A stretch of DNA of 64,000 bases. Source: Stegostoma tigrinum. Lineage: Eukaryota. This document shows positions 47,501 through 61,794 of this stretch, one piece after another; position 1 is the stretch's first letter, and the number at the start of each line of letters is the position of its first letter. A model generated the notes under the pieces. The model searched no databases, had not been told where the DNA came from, and was given only the letters and a program-made list of their open reading frames with translations. Location: NCBI RefSeq assembly GCF_030684315.1, contig NC_081369.1:9338035-9402034 (forward strand), given 5' to 3'. The translations under genes were made by a program, and so were the position numbers.

Positions 47501-48675
47501 CAATTTAGACACTGGTTTATTGCTTCAACAAAAGACTTCCCGATCTATTAACAACATAATAACCACAATTGAGCGAAACTTAGCAACAAAATAATTCAAT
47601 CTGTCTCTTCTACAAACCGAAAACCCTTTGTTTTTAGCACCATTCATACAAAGGGCAAACAGACAAACAAGCACAGCTAAGGGACAAATACAATCTATAA
47701 GCAAAACTAGCGAGATTGCTTCAGCGATTTCCGTGATGTGTTGTTCCCTGAGCATAGGTGATGTTTTCTTATTTATTTTCTGAACGCGCTGATCAAGGTC
47801 AGCTTTCAGTTTAATCAGATAAAGGCAGTAAAACTTTATACCTGAGTTCAGAGGAAGAGTCACTCGCTCCCGAATATTAACTCTGATTTCTCTCCACAGT
47901 TGCTGCCACACCTGCCAAGCTTTTCGCCAATTTCTCCTATTGTCTCATAATTTAAACTTAGTTTTCTATCCTGCAAGCGTTCACGAACTGCTCATTTGAG
48001 GTGAGGCAGCGAAGTTTTTTTAAAAAATGTCTTCATTCTGAAACATCAACGGTAAGATTCCTTTTCGCAGAAATATGAACAGAAGCCCAGAATCCAATTG
48101 AAACTCTGTCCATTCCTTGACTGGCTGACAGGCTTTTGCACGAGGCCCCAGACTCCATTCAATATCTAACATGTTTTGAAAACAGGGTCTTTACCAGGCC
48201 TATTGGAACCAGTAGTGATCGAGTTGATAGTCACCTTCGGCGGACTGTTTAAGCATAATGCTCCTCCCCGCTCATAAAAAAACTGCAACTCTAAAGTAAA
48301 AACAACACAAATGGTCAGCTGATCCCAAGTCTTTCTAATCTGTCGAGTGAAAGACTGTTTATCAGTTAATGAATTAGGTAAAGTAATGCAAGCTATCTTT
48401 AATTTTGGCTATTTATTGAGAAGTCTCACAGACAATCATATACTGAAGGAATTATTGTAACTTTGTTGCATACAGCAACCGAAATAACACTCCTCAAATA
48501 AGCCATTTATACCTCACAGTGTAGTTCTCCAGACATTTGCTACTGAAGAATTCTAGAGTTAAAATTTTACAGCGTTCTATTTTTCAAAGTGAATGATTGA
48601 TCTCAGGTATGATTCCAATCAATGGCGTCTGGCCCTTGGTGGGTCCAGTTTCGATTCTGATATACAGTAGTTACT

Positions 48676-49710
48676 CAATAGACAATAGGTGCTGGAGTAG
48701 GTCATTCGACCCTTCGAGCCAGCACCACCATTCATTATGATCATGGCTGATCATCCACTATCGGGATCCTGTTCCTGCCTTATCCCCATAACCATTGATT
48801 CCACTATCTTTAAGAGCTCTATCCATCACTTTCTTGAAAGTATCCAGAGACTTGGCCTCCACTGCCTTCTGGGGCAGAGCACTCCACATATCCACCACTC
48901 TCTGGGTGAAGAAGTTTTTCCTCAACTCTTGTTCTAAATAGCTTACCCCTTATTCTTAAACTGTGTCCTCTGGTTCTGGACTCACCCAGCAGCGGAAATA
49001 TACTTCCTGCCTCCAGAGTGTCCAATCCCTTAATAATCTTATATGTCTCACGCAGATCCCCTCCCATCCTTCTAAACTCAAGGGTATACAAGCCCAGTCG
49101 CTCCGATCTTTCAACCTATGACCGCCCTCCCATTCCGGGAATTGACCTCGTGAACCTATGCTGCACTCCCTCAATAGCAAGAATGTCCTTCCTCAAATTT
49201 GGAGACCAAAACTGCACACGATACTCCAGATGCGGTCTCACCAGGGCCCTGTACAGCTGCAGAAGGACCTCTTTGTTCCTATACTCAATTCCCCTTGTTA
49301 TGAAGGCCAGCATGCTCTTAGCTTTCTTCACTGCCTGCTGTACCTGCATGTTTGCTTTCATTGAATGATGTACAAGAAAACCCAGATCTCGTTGTACTTC
49401 CCCTTTATCTAATTTGATCCCATTTAGATAGTAATCTGCCTCCCTGTTGTTGCCACCAAAGCGGATAACCACACATTTATCCACATTAAACTGCATCTGC
49501 CATGCATCCGTCCACTCACCTAGCCTGTCCAAGTCACCCTGTATTCTCATAACATCCTCTTTACATTTCACACTGCCGCCCAGCTTTGTGTTATCAGAAA
49601 ATTTGCTAATGTTACTTTTAATGCCTTCGTCTCTATCATTAATGTATATTGTAAACAGCTGCGGTTCCAGCGCCGAACCTTGTGGTACCCCACTGGTCAC
49701 CGCCTGCCAT
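48676..49710 (-). mobile_element. CR1 LINE 3' half of ORF2 and tail
   Basis: VTSGVPQGSALEPQLFTIYIND..SKFSDNTKLGG...LYRALVRPHLEY.VQFWSP (49116-49793) and the ORF2 end (48819-49091). Confidence 0.95.
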
Positions 49711-50984
49711 TGCGTTCTCCAGAGTTTTGTTACTGAAGAATTCGGGAGTTGAAATCTTAGAGAATTCTGCTTTTCAAAGTTATGGTGTGACATTATTGAT
49801 GATCATTTAGACTCTTTCATTGGCAATATTGACGACTGCTGTGGAGCCATCAAGCCTGCAGCTTGCCTCCTTAGCCGAAGTAGCTTCCCTGTTCCCCGTT
49901 ACATTTGCCACGGATTGCCTGCTTGAAACACAACTTCCTGCAATCAGCTGCTTAAATTCTTCCACGAGAAAATAATTTCTCCTGGTGGTGTAATACCACC
50001 AGTTGTGAAGCCGGTATTAAAGTGATATTGTTATGTAAATTCGACTTCTCTTTCTCCAATGCATAGCTAATTGCTTTCAATTCCCGATTTGTCCTTGTCC
50101 CTTAACGATTATATTCCGGGTTATTGTCAGTTCTTTCAACCTATGAACACTAATGAACGTTCTGAAGTTTACATTATTACAATGACATTTCACTGAAGAT
50201 GGAAAACTTAGAAACGTTTTCGACTTTAAATACCGAAAGTGTAAAGTGTGGGGAAAAAGCCAAAACGTTAGGTCTGTGATAATTTGAGAGGCAGTGGAGA
50301 TTAAACAGTAAAAAGAGAGTTGGCCTTGCAAGGCCAGTCGGTCGCATTAAAGTGGTATAGTTGGATGTATAAGAACATGAGCAACTGCAGTCTTATCAGG
50401 AAAACCTGAGTGGAATATCGGGAAAATGGGTCAGTTGAAAAGATTGTGTAGAAGGGCTGTTAATGGGAGACCAATGAATATTTACTTTACAAACCAAAAG
50501 AAAGGTGTGGACGACCACAACAGCAACAACAAGCTTGCCATGTGAAAGGAAATGAATTGGGAGTGCGATTTGGAGATTATCTTTTGCTCCGTGTTTCCCA
50601 TTTTTATGAGGGAACATTGCCAAGCTGCTGTGCAGCTCTGTAAGGTGGCGGCAACAGACATCAAGGCGTCATTTACTTTTGCTTTCCACTGAGTGACAGT
50701 CATGGCCACTGTGATACCTTTAAATTGGCCCGTGTTTTAATCTCTTACCTCTACCCTCTGTTGTGTCACTTACTTGCCGCTAAACCTGTCCTCCAATCAG
50801 TCAGGGCCAACTTCAGGGGACATTGTGCCTAAAGATGCCTTCCTTCTCAGCATGCCGTTTGGACCCAGAAAGTGTTCCGATGCAAATGCAAGTGAAAATC
50901 CTCAATGTATAATATCTGTTCACCATTTGTCATTTTCTTATTTCCTATGATAACATTTTAAACTGTGTGATAGCACTACGTTAT

Positions 50985-51200
50985 TAAATAACTTCACAGA
51001 TGCCGGTACCCCGTCACCAAGTCACCCTTATTCAAAAGTGCATAATACTTGACACAGACCCGGCTCCCTGACAGCCAGCTCTCAGAGTCCACATAATATC
51101 CGACACTCCATTCTGCTCTGCTAGCTCAGAGCCAGTCGATAGAGTTAAGAAAATTTGAGTCCATTTTTTGCTCTTTTTATGGTTTCCTACATTACCACAG
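50985..51200 (-). mobile_element. Gypsy solo LTR (related to the LTR at 10213-10446)
   Basis: aaataac..cacaga..c.gta.ccc.tcac.a.gtcacc.tt.att...gacac.ga...ctccc...agc.ctcagagt is shared with the 10.2 kb LTR. Confidence 0.7.
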
Positions 51201-51239
51201 AACCTAAAGGGGGCTAGCAGTACTACTTATATTTCCGCA

Positions 51240-51376
51240 CCGCCCCCGAAATCATACGTATCTCTGCGTGTATGGACAGTGGCGCAGGGAAAAGTGAAAA
51301 CATGGCGCAGCAACTTTGTTACGCTGCCCATCACAAGGAAAACCCCCATTGGCTTGTGAAACGGTAACAAGGAAGT
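51240..51376. promoter_or_regulatory. Candidate immune-responsive enhancer/promoter (GC box, ISRE/IRF, NF-kB, CCAAT, ETS)
   Basis: CCGCCCC at 51240, GAAAAGTGAAA at 51289-51299, GGAAAACCCC at 51337-51346 (GGGGTTTTCC on -), ATTGG at 51348-51352 and AGGAAGT at 51370-51376. Locally CpG-rich. Confidence 0.45.
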
Positions 51377-51529
51377 CCTAATAAGGGCAATGCATGCATC
51401 AAAATGTGAAGGGGAGAAGAGCAGAATTATATCCAAATTGTTTTAGAGGGAGAATTAAAGTAGTGTATCCCCAGCAGTGTTCATCTCTCCATAAAGGCAT
51501 GGAGAGCATTGGTAGACAATATATTTCCT

Positions 51530-54500
51530 CTTCAATGACACCTGGGCTCAAATGGAACTGTGGGCGGGGGACAGAGAGTTCACAGAGATGACCCCACCCA
51601 CAGCCTACTGCCTGGACATGTTTCCAGCCAGCCTCACCAGGCCAATGCCCCTGCTTATATCTGTCAGCCCCAGCTCCCTTATTGGAGTAGATTTAGAGCC
51701 CCAATCAGGGAAGTCCTATTCAACAAGGTCCACCTGGCTGACCTCATTACAATTGTTACATTCTCCACCCCACCCCCACCAAATCCAGGGACATAGGCCT
51801 GTTCTTTGTCTTGTAGCCTCTCATGGGACATTTTTGCACCAGGTCTGGTTCCTCCAATTTGGCCTCAGGAATGGGTAGCATGTACCAGGCCATGGCCTAC
51901 CTCTTAAATCTAGAGTGTCTCAGAACAAGTTCATTCTCTTCCTCAGCTGGTAAAGGTGCGAGTCTGTGACATTCACTGTGTCCATCTGAGTGTCCAGGTT
52001 GCTTTGATGCTAGACAGAAAGGGAGAACTCACAGGCTTTGACAGCCTTTCTGGCTGTACTGAGGTGCCAGGTATGATTTGATTTTGCCATGTTTATGAGT
52101 TTGCAGCTTTCATGTGGTCCATGTGCTTGTTTAGGACTGCTTCACCTCCGTGAACTTTGTACGTCATGGTTCCTGGCTTTAGGTTAACCATGACTTTTAC
52201 CAACACAGGGCTATTCCCATGGTTCGGTACTAAACTTAGTTCCCTGAAGTAAACCTTTTCCCTCACTTAGAGGACCCTTGTGTCTGGCATTGGCATTCCT
52301 GATGTTATTTTACCGTCCCCCATGGTCCAGGAAGACCAGATTTAACCTGGGTGTGGAGTCTTCTCCCTGTTAGCAACTCTGCAGGAGCTATGCTGGTTAT
52401 TGCATGAGGGGTTGTCTGAAAATCAAACAGGAACTGGGACAGCTTAGTATCCTGTGAAGATGTAGGCTGTTCTGTAATCTTAACTTCAAAGTTTGAACTG
52501 CTCTTTCTGTCAGATCATGGCTGTCCTTATATGCTTAATGCCATTTGTCTTTATGAAATACGTGAGTTCCTTGCTGGTACTTGATGGCCCATTGTCAGTG
52601 ACCAACACTTCTGAAGCCCATGCATTGCAGAAGATGCCTGAAAGCTTTCCATCATCATCCTTGTATTTGAAAAATGAACTCAAGGCACATTCAACCACTT
52701 TGAGTGGGCATCCACAATGACTAAGAAAGTTGAGAACATGAAAGGGCCAGCAGAGTCAATGTATAACTGAGCCCACAGGTCATTCTCACGGATGTGGGGG
52801 AGCTGCTGGCAGTAATTATTATCCTTGTTGGTACTTTGGTTGCTGCCCCATCAACACAGCCATGTCTGGATCCGATCTTGCCCACCAGACATAATATCTT
52901 GTCAACAACTTCAGTTGGAATTTGCCTGATGACCCTGGTGGAGTTCCCCCAGTATCTGGCAGCAACCTTTGCTTGGGACAATCGGTCTTGCTCCTCATAA
53001 TAAAATGCCATTCTCGACAGTAATAGGGGCTCGCCAGGTCTAGTTTCAATTATGCAATGACCCTTCTGTTTCCCCTATCACCACCAGCTGTTTTAGTTTT
53101 GCAGATCTGTTCACAATCTGATATTGTCAGCGGAGACCAGAAGGGTTCCTGAAAATTTACAACCAGAATGGTCTCTTCAAGTAGCAGCAACATCGGTGGT
53201 CTATCTACCAGCTGGAGGCAGCTCAAGGCGTTCACATGTGCTACTTGGCCTCTTGGACAGTGTTCCAACTTGTAATTGTATCCACTTAGCATGAGAACCC
53301 ACCACTGAATTAGAGGTGATGTAATGGGCTGCTTGGCCTTGTCCTCTTTGAATAGCCCTAGAAGGGGTTAGTGGTCTGTTAGTATTACAAATTTACTTCC
53401 ATAAGGATATTAGTGCACCTTTCTCACACAAAAGATGACTGTCAAATCCGTTTTCTTTATGTACGAGTATATATGCTCTACGTCAGCCAAAGTCTGGGAA
53501 CCATGTGGTAGTGAGCGTTCCTCTCCATTCGGCAATCTGTGAGTCAACAGCACCCTGATACAATATGTGGAGGCATTGCAAATCTGTGCAAGATGTTGCT
53601 TGGGATCATAGTGTGCCAACACCTCAGATGATGATAACAGCTTCTTCCCTTTCTTGAAGGTGACATCTTGGCTGTGAGACAATTTTCTAGGCTGATCCTT
53701 TGTCAATAGTAAACGTAAGGGTCGCAGATTGAAGGTCAGATTACTTTGGAATTTTTCAACATAATTCACCAATCGCAGGGCAGCACTAATCTCCATTGTA
53801 GATGTTAAAGATGGGCCACTTTGATTGTCCTCACTTTTCTTCCCAGGTTTTGTAAGCTGGTGTTGTCAACTGCGTACCACAAATAGAACACTTGGGATAT
53901 CTGAAACACACATTTAGTTCCTTTCTAAATGATACAGTCAGCTTAGAGAAATATCTAAAGACTGCGTCCAAGTTCTCTAAGTGCACCTTTTGGCCTTCTC
54001 TGTTATTAGCATGAGACAGGTGAACTGGAGTAGGCCTTGTGAAATGTTCTCCATTGTCTTCTGAAAAATAGGCTGATGACTCCCAAATTAGCAGTCTTGT
54101 ATATTTGTGGGTACAAATTGCATCATATGTCTCAGAATCCTCATTTAACCAAAATAGCAGGTACGTGTGACTCATGTCCAGGCTCATGGAGGACAGCCCC
54201 CACCAAAACACACCAAATTTCCGTATATGTCTTCCATGTGAAGGATTGGGTATTGAGAAGAAATTTATCCATTGTTTAAAATCCTCACTGGTGGAATGAT
54301 TCTTTCACTTTCCAGCCTCCTGATTTCTGCCTCTACTTCTGCACATAAGGCAAACAACACTAGATGGGCCTTGTGGAATCATTGAATTGTTTTCTGGTCA
54401 ACATGCAAGGTGGTCTTAGCTCTTTTGATAGTCTTCGGACAGCCCTGAAAATTTAATTATGACTTCTATGAGCCAGCCATTTTCTAATCAAACAATGTTG

Positions 54501-54630
54501 AGCCGATCATGCTGAATCTTTCTCAACAAATTTCAACCGACCAGATTTGGGGCTGAGCGTTTTATGTCAATCACTGGTAACTTAAGCAATCAGTTCTCAT
54601 AGGACAATGGAGCTGACTTGTACCCTGGAT
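51530..54630 (-). mobile_element. Decayed Ty3/Gypsy retrotransposon (RT, RNase H, integrase, PPT, 3' LTR)
   Basis: RT LDMSHTYL. RNase H LLSSSEVLAHYDP...NASTY. Integrase RYYVWW and VLVTDNGPSSTSKE...NGIKHIRTA. A polypurine tract (51761-51780) abuts the LTR start TGTAAC at 51760. Confidence 0.92.
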
Positions 54631-54649
54631 CTGTAAATTATCTTGTCAG

Positions 54650-55290
54650 ATTGAATTTAAAGTGGAAAGATGTGAGCTTATTTACTTTTGTTGGAGAAAC
54701 AGATTTTCAGAGCATCATTTGAAAAGTAAGATAAAGAAGGACAAAGAACAAAGAAAATTACAGCACAGGAACAGTCCCTTCGGCCCTCCAAGCCTGTGCC
54801 ATGTGGGGGATGGTACCGATATACACTGGGGCCTGAGTTTCTTTGTCTGTAAGTACTGAAGGCTAACGTAGAGCTGCAGCAAACCATTGTGAAAGCCAAC
54901 AGAATATTAGTTGTTTTTCCAAGGCAATACAGTGGGGGTGGGGCGGGGGGGTGCAGGGGCGATGGGGAAAAGTATTGCTTGAATTCTCTAGGAGTTTGTT
55001 TAAACTCAACCTGAAGTATTGTGTGTTGTTTTGGTCTCTATATGTCAGGAAACATATTATGGCCACGGAGGGAGTACAACAAAACATCACCAAATTTGTT
55101 CATGACTGTCCTGTGAAAAAAGATTGGTCAAAATGGGCTGGTATTCTCTAGGGTTTTGCAGAATAAGATCTCATTGAAGGGTACAGAATACTTAAAAGAA
55201 TGGACCAGCTAGATGCAGGTAAGATATTTCCTTTGGTTGGGGAATTAAAAACCAGATGGCACTATTTTAAAATCAGAAGAATGCTTCTTG
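54650..55290 (+). mobile_element. Old CR1 3' fragment with a small nested CR1-tail insertion (~54740-54800)
   Basis: LKYCVLFWSLYVRKHIMATEGVQ in ORF 54951-55151. Confidence 0.8.
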
Positions 55291-57822
55291 GGTCCAAGGT
55301 GTTGATCAACATCACCCAGTCATGATGCAACACCATCTGTACTCTTAGGATCAATCGCAAGATTGTCATTTAACCAGCAGACAAAGGAGGAGCCCATTGT
55401 CATACAGAATATAATGGACTAATGAAAGGAGGTGCACTGGCAGCTGAACAACCAGGAACAAGATAGATGACTACCTGCTGATTCAAACAAAGAATACACC
55501 GGTCAACTGAACAGACTAGTCAAGACTTTTGATTCAGTCATTCAGAGTGCCCTGCACACTCTCCTCCCATGTAATTCCCATGTAGGGGACTTATACTGCA
55601 TTTAAAAAGATGCTCAAAGCCAACACACCTGGACGTCCCATCGTATCAGGCAAAGGCACCTTATGAGAGAAATTCTCTGGCTGTGTTGAGGGCATCTCAA
55701 AACCAACTGTACAGGCAACATCCAGCTTCAGTTGCAACCCTACAGATTTCTTACAGAAATGCAGTACCATAGATCAGAAAACCAGGAACCTTCCCCATCA
55801 CAGTGGATGTTTTGTGACTCTACGCCAGCATCCCTCACAATGATGGCATTACTGCAGAAGCCTCAGTCCTCAATACAACCAACTCTCCGTTTCCAAACGC
55901 TATCCTACAACTCATCCACTTCAAGCTTGATCAGAACAGCTTCACCTTTGACAGCCAGTTCTTCAGTGAGACACACAGAACAGCCATGGGACCACATTTG
56001 CTCCCCAATGTGTGAACACTTTTATGCATATGTTCAAAAAAGACATCTTTGCTGCACAGAACTTCCAACCAACGCTATACACCAGATACATTGATGACAT
56101 TTTTTGCCTTCAGCCTCATGGCAAGAAATCACTGGAAAAATTATATTGTGATGTCAATATTTTTCATCCCAACATCAGACTTTTTATGGCCGATTCTTTA
56201 GAATCAATCTCATTCTTGGAAACACACATCTCCAACAGGGATGGACATCTTGGTACAGCACTCTACTGCTAGCCTATGGTTAATCTGACAATGCTGCGCT
56301 TCTCTAGTTTCCATCCTGAATGTATTAAAACAGCCATCCCCAATGGACAGGCCCTATACATACACAGAATCTGTTCAGATATGGAGTAACAAGATGGACA
56401 CCTGAAAGTGTTGAAGAATGCCCTCATGTGAACAGGATACAATACTCAACTCATCAATCACCTGTTTCAACATGCCACAGTGAAAAAATTTAATGACAGA
56501 CACGAAATGCTTCCAATAGAGTGCCCATCATCTACATGTACTTGCTGGGAGCGGAGAATCTATGCAATGTTCTTTGCAGCCTTCAATGCATTGTCGATGA
56601 CAATGAGCTCCTCGACTTATCTTCCCCACACCTCTACCTCTCGCTTTCAAACAACCACCAAATATTAAATGCACCATTGTTAACAGAAAACTACCCAGCC
56701 TTCGGGACAACATTGACCACAACACTATACAACACTGTCAGGGTAGTCTATGCAAGACACGTCTGACACTGGAAATGGACACAAACATTGTACACTAGGT
56801 GCACGGCAATTACTCAAGTGACTTGGCCAACATCGTACGTCTCACATGCTGCAGGCAAGGATGCCCTGAGGGATGGTAAACATTGGCAAAAGTGTGCTGA
56901 CGCCATGACAATGGCTGGTTGAACATCACACAACAATTGACAGACAGGAATGTTCCCTCCCAGTGGGGGAACACTTCCCCAGTCAAGGACATTCGGCCTA
57001 AGGTCTTCAGGTAAATATCCTCCAAGGCAGGCTTCAGGGCACACAACAATGCAGTGTCACTGAGCAGAGGCTGATAGCCATGTTTCGCACCCATGAGGAC
57101 AGCCTCAGCTGGGATCTTGGGTTCACATTGCAGTACAGGTGACTGCACCACATTATACAAACACAAGCAGGCATACATAGACACGCACGCACATACACAC
57201 ACAAAGAAACAAACTGCCCCCCACACACACAGTCTCTTCCCCCTCACACACACTCTCTCTCTCCTTCACTCTCACACACTCGGTCTCTTCCCCCTCACTC
57301 TGTCTCTCTTACACACACACACAAGCACAAGTCTATGGGGTGAATTTGTGTTTGCAGATACATTTTATTTCGTTCAAAAGCACACAATTTATACACAGTG
57401 AATATGGCGCTTTATAATTTCCTACTTTAGTCATAGCCAATTTGACTTCAAACTAAGACACAAACAGATTCTAAACGAGGCCTCATACTTAACATACAGT
57501 GTCTGACCTAAAATGTCACCTCTTTTTTGCACTGATAAAAGCATTAGTTCTATCAGGGCAGCGACTTGAAAGAAATTCAGGGATTTCCATATACATAGTA
57601 ATCAATTAAAACCTTCTAACTGATTAAAGGTTTAACAGCATCTTTGCTTTGTTTAGTATATCCTCATCAATGGTGTGAAGCTTTGAACTTTTGATTATGA
57701 ATCCTGTGTCTGATATTACCTCTCTCATGAACACCTGACGAAGGACTGAGGCTCCCAAACCTTCTGCTGTCAAATAAACCTGTTGGACTATAGCCTGGTG
57801 TCAGGTGATTTCTGAGCTTGTC
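55290..57822 (+). mobile_element. Decayed Penelope-like element (RT, GIY-YIG and 3' region with CA/CT microsatellite)
   Basis: ADKGG, PGRPIVSG, TAMG, YTRYIDDIF, SISFLET, ANIVRL.CCRQGC. A degenerate hammerhead ctgacgaagga...aaac lies at ~57735, and the terminus is aataaacctgttggactat. Confidence 0.9.
57158..57325. repeat. Compound (CA)n/(CT)n microsatellite
   Basis: Imperfect CA and CT runs inside the Penelope 3' region. Confidence 0.85.
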
Positions 57823-58799
57823 CCTTTGTTAAGACAGAGGGTGGATGATTTATTGGCCATCCACAGCCATTTTTGCTTGGGAGCAGGAAGGTATAAAAGT
57901 AGCTAGGCTTAAACTGCTTCTTCGCCTTATTCTTCACTCTGTTATGTGGGTTGGTAGCTCAGTTGGTTGGATGGCCAGTTAGTGATACAATTTGATGGCA
58001 ACTTTGCAGGTTCAGTTCTCGCACTGGTTGAAGTTGTATAAGGTCCTGGCCTCTCAGCCTAACCTGAGGTGTAGTGTCCTCAGGTGAAACCAATCATTTG
58101 TCATCTCCCTGATGAGAGAGACTATGATGACTTTTTTTTAACATAAACATTAGATATTCAAGTAAGTCAAATTGAGAGCATCACTCAGGATCAGGAAGGA
58201 TAATTGGCCAAGGTAATATATGTCTCTCCAATCTGTGTGGGGAATAAGAATTCTGAGGTTGCGATTTCAAATAAGGAAATTGCCTGTCCTGCAATTCCTC
58301 ATGCTGCTTTTTGATGCACAAAATGCTAGAGATATTTGACTCATTTCTTGTTTTCATCGTTTGCAATGGTGACTTATTATCATAGCTATCTATACACAAT
58401 GAAGACCGTATCAATACACAACTCATGATTTCAAACAGAATTTTTTGAATAGAAAGTGGGGTTTGTACAGATTGGGAATGAGTACAAGACAAAGAACATA
58501 CTTTGAACCAAATCAATGGCCTAGCTTTCTTGTATGCTTTTATCCTATATTCAGCAAGATTTACTCAACAATGATGCAAAGTTTACTGACAGGCAGTTTG
58601 AAATGTTGTTGGCAAATATGCATACACTCTTCGAAATAATGTAACAACCAAAACAGAGCCACACTGCTTTAAAGAGAAAGAAAGTTATTGTTTTCTACAT
58701 TGGTCAACTTTAGTTCAAAAAATTTTTGGTGAAATAGTTATGAATCCTTAAAGAAATGGAAGCATTCATATCAATTCACAGAATAAGTATTTGAATGTT

Positions 58800-60200
58800 A
58801 GTGGATCACTAATATTTATTGCAATTAGTTGGAGTACAACATCAGAGACATCTACTGCATTCATACAGGGCATTGGTGTGAACTACCTCAAGCATTTGGT
58901 TTCCTATCCAATGAAGAAAAAACTTGTCTGAAAGGTTCACTGGATTGATTCCAGAGATGACAGGTAATTCTATGAACTAAAATTGTGATTGTGATTATGA
59001 AGCCCTCCTATATTCTCATGTTTCAGAGAAATGTTGTCTGCTTTCATTGAAATTTATGAAATGCTTGATAATACCAAGGTAAATTAGGAAAGGGGGCAAG
59101 ACACTCAACACCTTTACCCTGTTCTGTCATTGAATAAATCATGATTGATCTAATTGCTCTGAATTCTTGCCTACCTTTCACTTTCTCCATCTCTGCTTCA
59201 CTTGCCTTTTGAGTTCAGAGTTGTGAAGTGTCATGACTCTGAGGAAATATCCTCCTTGCCTCTGTTCAAATGCATGAGACATATAGGATATCATGTTGAC
59301 CTTGTGCAGAAGATTGATGAGGCCACTTTTGTATCACTGTGTACAATTCTGGCCACCCTGCTACAGGAAGATATTAGTAAATTAGAGAGGGTTCAGAAAA
59401 GATTCAGCAGGATTTTGCCAGGACCGGAGGGTTTGAGTTATATGGATAGGCTGAGACTTTTATTTCTCTGGCGCATAAGATGTGAAGGGGTAGTCTGATT
59501 ATTGTTTATGAAATCATGAGTGGTATTGACAAGGTGAATATCGAACAGCTTTTCCCATGGATGGTGAGTTCAAAACTAGGGGTCATATTTTTAAAGTGAG
59601 TGGAAAAAAATTTAAAGAGGGACTCGAGAGGCAACTTCTTTCACACAAAGCTTCTTTCTTATGTGGAAATAACTGCCAGAGGAAACGGTAGACGTAGGTA
59701 GAGTTACATATTTATTGCACATTTGAATATGTACATGAATAGTAAAATATATCGAGGGACATTGGCCAAACCCTAGCAAGTGAGACTGTTAGATTGGGAA
59801 ATTTAATTGACATTGACGAGTTGGACTGAATGGCTTGTTTCTGTGCTGCATCACTCTTTGAATCTATGTGACCACCAGTTTTAGGATCTCACGCAACAGG
59901 CACTACATTTTGCACATGCACCTTATCAAGACTGTCAGGATCTTGTATGTTTCTATCAAGTTGCCTCCACCTATCCTAAACTCATAGTAAAAGAAGGAAG
60001 CAGTCTACCAATGAGAACTGAAATGAGAATTTTTTTTTATCCTTGATATCTTCTGCCTCTGGATGTTCAATTATTGAGTATATTCAAGATTAAAAATATA
60101 AAAAAAAGTTTGAGATCTAAGGTAGTAATTTGCTGTGGAAACAGAATGGGGGTGCATAGTTAATGTGACAGCTTAGCCATGATCTTTCTGAGTGTGCATC
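58800..60200. mobile_element. Nested old CR1 fragments in both orientations (best copy + 59290-59870)
   Basis: EDISKLERVQKRFSRILPG.EGLSY.DRL in ORF 59202-59498, KTRGHIFKV, and CR1 tails. Confidence 0.8.
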
Positions 60201-61794
60201 TGGAAGGCATTGTCTTAAGAATATAAATGTGTCAAGATAGTCACAGTCAAGGAGTGACAGAGTCTACTCTTCTTAATTGTGGTACATAATGACAGTTCGA
60301 TTCTCAACAAGTAGTTTCTGTGACAGCGGTCATTCATAAACTTCCACAAGGACCAAAAAAGTGGGGCATTTATTGAATAAGGAGAAGAAATTAGAGATTC
60401 AAGAGGATGCTTGTTTCCAGTTCTGACACTTGTAATGAAAGAGATATTTGACCTCAAACTACAGATCAAGTTCAAGTTTGTGAAACCATTCTCAGGTAGA
60501 AATGCAAAAAAAAATCTGTATGACCTGTTGGATGGTTTGTTGGATAAAAATGGCTTGCAATGGTCATTTTGTGATAGCTTTTCTTTCACATTATGGTCCA
60601 GAGAATGCTGTCGTATGTCAATGAAGGGAAAAAAAAGACAAACTATGGGATGATTACTGAATTTTGTTTGGGCTCATTGGAGCTGCATGCTGGTGAGACA
60701 ATCATTCACAGCCTGGACAGAAGGGAAATGTGCTGATTCCTCCTGAGAATCATGTGGCATAATGATAGTATTCCTACCTCTGAACTAGGAAACCCAGATT
60801 CACTACCAGCTCCGGAGGCATGTAGTATCATCTCTTATCGTGGTGAACTCGGGCAAGATACTGAAAATCATGATATGTACTTGTGAGTGCTGCAAAGCTT
60901 CCCCAGAGCAGTGGATATATTGCTTGAGGCATCTTGTTATTAATCCAACCTTGGTTCTTCTGAAAGTATGTTCAATATCCCTATGGTTAATATTTGGTTG
61001 TATTGCAGACTGGATTCATGAGACATGTTATCAGATTTCCCTCTTTAGCTGTTGATTTGATCCGTTGGCTTAAAAATTGAGCCTACTTCTATTGATAAGA
61101 AATAATGCTATCTATCACCTCTTTGCATTACGTGTATCAGTTAACACACTTGCACAGCAATTGACGACAAACTAGGATATTTTAAAGCAATTGTCGGCTC
61201 TATTTTGCAAGGATTCTGATATTAGACATTCATGGGCATTGCCACTTGGTGTAAATTCCAGGCCTTCTCTGAGATTTCTTGTCTGCTTATGCAAAGTGCT
61301 TGATTGCTGCGAGTAACTTCTTAGAATGGAAACATTGCCCAAACGCTTCCTCATCAACGAGTTTAGTGTCCTCTGAATACAATTTGAACTTCTCCCTCAA
61401 ATACTTTGTCTGTTTCCCCAAGCAGCTTTTCCTTCCCTGTGCCATTTCTAATGACTCTCCTGTCGTGTCAGGAGGTCATTGCTTGAACAGAATCCTTGAA
61501 ATGAGCGCCAAGGCATTCAGCATGTACTGTATCCATCTCAGCGGACTCACCAGCTTTAAGTAACAATATAATCCACCAAATGCTTCTACGAGCTCAGTAA
61601 CAATTAGAAGATACAGTCAGCAACTACTGTGAAAATAGTTGATTCCTTTTAATCCTGCTGTTAGTGGATACTTCCCATCACTGTATGCTTGTTAAATCAG
61701 GTGAAGTTAAGAACGGGTATTGAATAAATTCTTGAGTTCAAAAGTGATGCTTCATGCTGATGGATACCAAGATCTATCTACTTATGAAAGCCTT

